Positions 63,023 to 64,000 of a stretch of DNA of 64,000 nt are shown piece after piece. The notes beneath the pieces were generated by a model. That model was given only the letters and a program-made list of their open reading frames with translations, was not told the origin of the DNA and made no database searches. The position numbers and the translations under genes are program-made. The stretch is from Tetramitus jugosus (taxonomy: Eukaryota > Protista > Heterolobosea): positions 558,001 through 622,000 of the forward strand of contig OW569344.1 in NCBI GenBank assembly GCA_937625935.1. Direction: 5' to 3'. Position 1 is the first letter of the stretch. Each line of letters begins with the position of its first letter.

Positions 63023-64000
63023 CTATTGGCCATTGATAAAGTCCATGATGGTTTTAGCTGCTTTTTCACCTCCATTGAATGTTTGGTTGTGATTACTAGG
63101 GGATTCATTGTGATAATTGACTATTTCCTGAGCACTTTGGAACAAGTACTCGCTTGCTTGCAATACATCGCTCGTCATTTGCACGTATTTACAACGATTA
63201 GGACCTAAAGAATCCAGCAAAGCGCTTTCCAGAAGAAAATGCTCACAGAAGCCAGGTCTATCGGTGTACAGAACTCCCTTTAGCATTGATGCAGATGAGT
63301 TTCTCTGGGCAGTCAATGCCAAAATCTCTGATACAATGCCATATCCAGTCTTGCAACAAATTACATCTACAACGGACATGACATCGATCATACTGATGTT
63401 GTTGCTTGTTAGTGCATCATGAGACAGAAATAAAAGTGTGGGATGCTTTCCTTCATACTGTAAATTGATGATCACCTTCCAATTCTTTGGTAAGGATTGA
63501 TGTGACCACCATTGCTCAATATACTTATCGTCGACTAATGTTTGCTGCAGCTCTTTTCCTCCTCCAAAACTAAAGAGCATCAAGTTGCAATCGCGGTCAA
63601 TAATCTCATCAGGAAACATTGCTTGCAATATCTTTTGCTTCTTCCGCTCGAGTAACAGAGCTGATCCATCATTATCATCCACGTGCTTGTTGGCTGACGA
63701 CGCTTGAGAAACATGCACACCTGATAGCCACGAATCCAAATCAACTTGCAACACACCAGGATCACTCAATCCAGGTATTCCTCGGGCACAATACGGCAAA
63801 CGAATAAACATGTTCGTGCTGGCATATGCATCTGTTTGCAATTGTATCACTTGTTGCAAACTGTTCATTTTTTCCGATGAGAGACTCTGTCCTTCGAAAT
63901 ACTCACAATTGGAGTCTCCCGAAATGCAATGCGTCAACCAGTCAGAATACAACCAATTCCATGCAAAATTACTAACGGCAACACTGGGCACACCCATCTC
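63023..64000 (-). CDS. GT-B glycosyltransferase-like protein resembling the N-terminal domain of L-arabinokinase (5'-partial)
   Basis: GVPSVAVSNFAWNWLY, LFSFGG, DVICCKTGYGIVSEIL, YTDRPGFCE and NGGEKAA. Confidence 0.75.
   Translation of the reverse strand, partial: EMGVPSVAVSNFAWNWLYSDWLTHCISGDSNCEYFEGQSLSSEKMNSLQQVIQLQTDAYASTNMFIRLPYCARGIPGLSDPGVLQVDLDSWLSGVHVSQASSANKHVDDNDGSALLLERKKQKILQAMFPDEIIDRDCNLMLFSFGGGKELQQTLVDDKYIEQWWSHQSLPKNWKVIINLQYEGKHPTLLFLSHDALTSNNISMIDVMSVVDVICCKTGYGIVSEILALTAQRNSSASMLKGVLYTDRPGFCEHFLLESALLDSLGPNRCKYVQMTSDVLQASEYLFQSAQEIVNYHNESPSNHNQTFNGGEKAAKTIMDFINGQ

Overview
Gene-dense, intron-poor eukaryotic DNA in the standard genetic code. It has very short intergenic gaps, A/C-rich 5' leaders, short GTATG...AG introns and poly-Asn/Gln/Thr tracts. 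The style suggests a free-living amoeba/flagellate protist such as a heterolobosean, but that is inference only. About 30 protein genes are present, mostly housekeeping: SLC13 transporter, Mog1, DHHC, cAR-like GPCR, ESS2, PYROXD2, PDK/BCKDK, PUF60, ataxin-2, BUD31, RPB5, OLA1, ECM29, a USP, NUF2 and GNA1. There is also one tRNA-Asn(GTT). The standout is a 1.33-kb poly(A)-tailed retro-insertion (55629-56955) flanked by a perfect 14-bp target-site duplication. Its 5' end lies 43 bp upstream of the tRNA, head-to-head with it. It encodes only an intact RRM-like/coiled-coil ORF1-type protein and no reverse transcriptase, so it looks like a tRNA-gene-targeted non-autonomous non-LTR element reminiscent of Dictyostelium TRE5. 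Other oddities: an intronless bacterial-type alpha-2-macroglobulin with an intact thioester motif but no signal peptide, a 71-aa SHP-box microprotein, a USP with a TM anchor plus CaaX box, an HMG+QLQ protein, and a recurrent E2F-like promoter motif.
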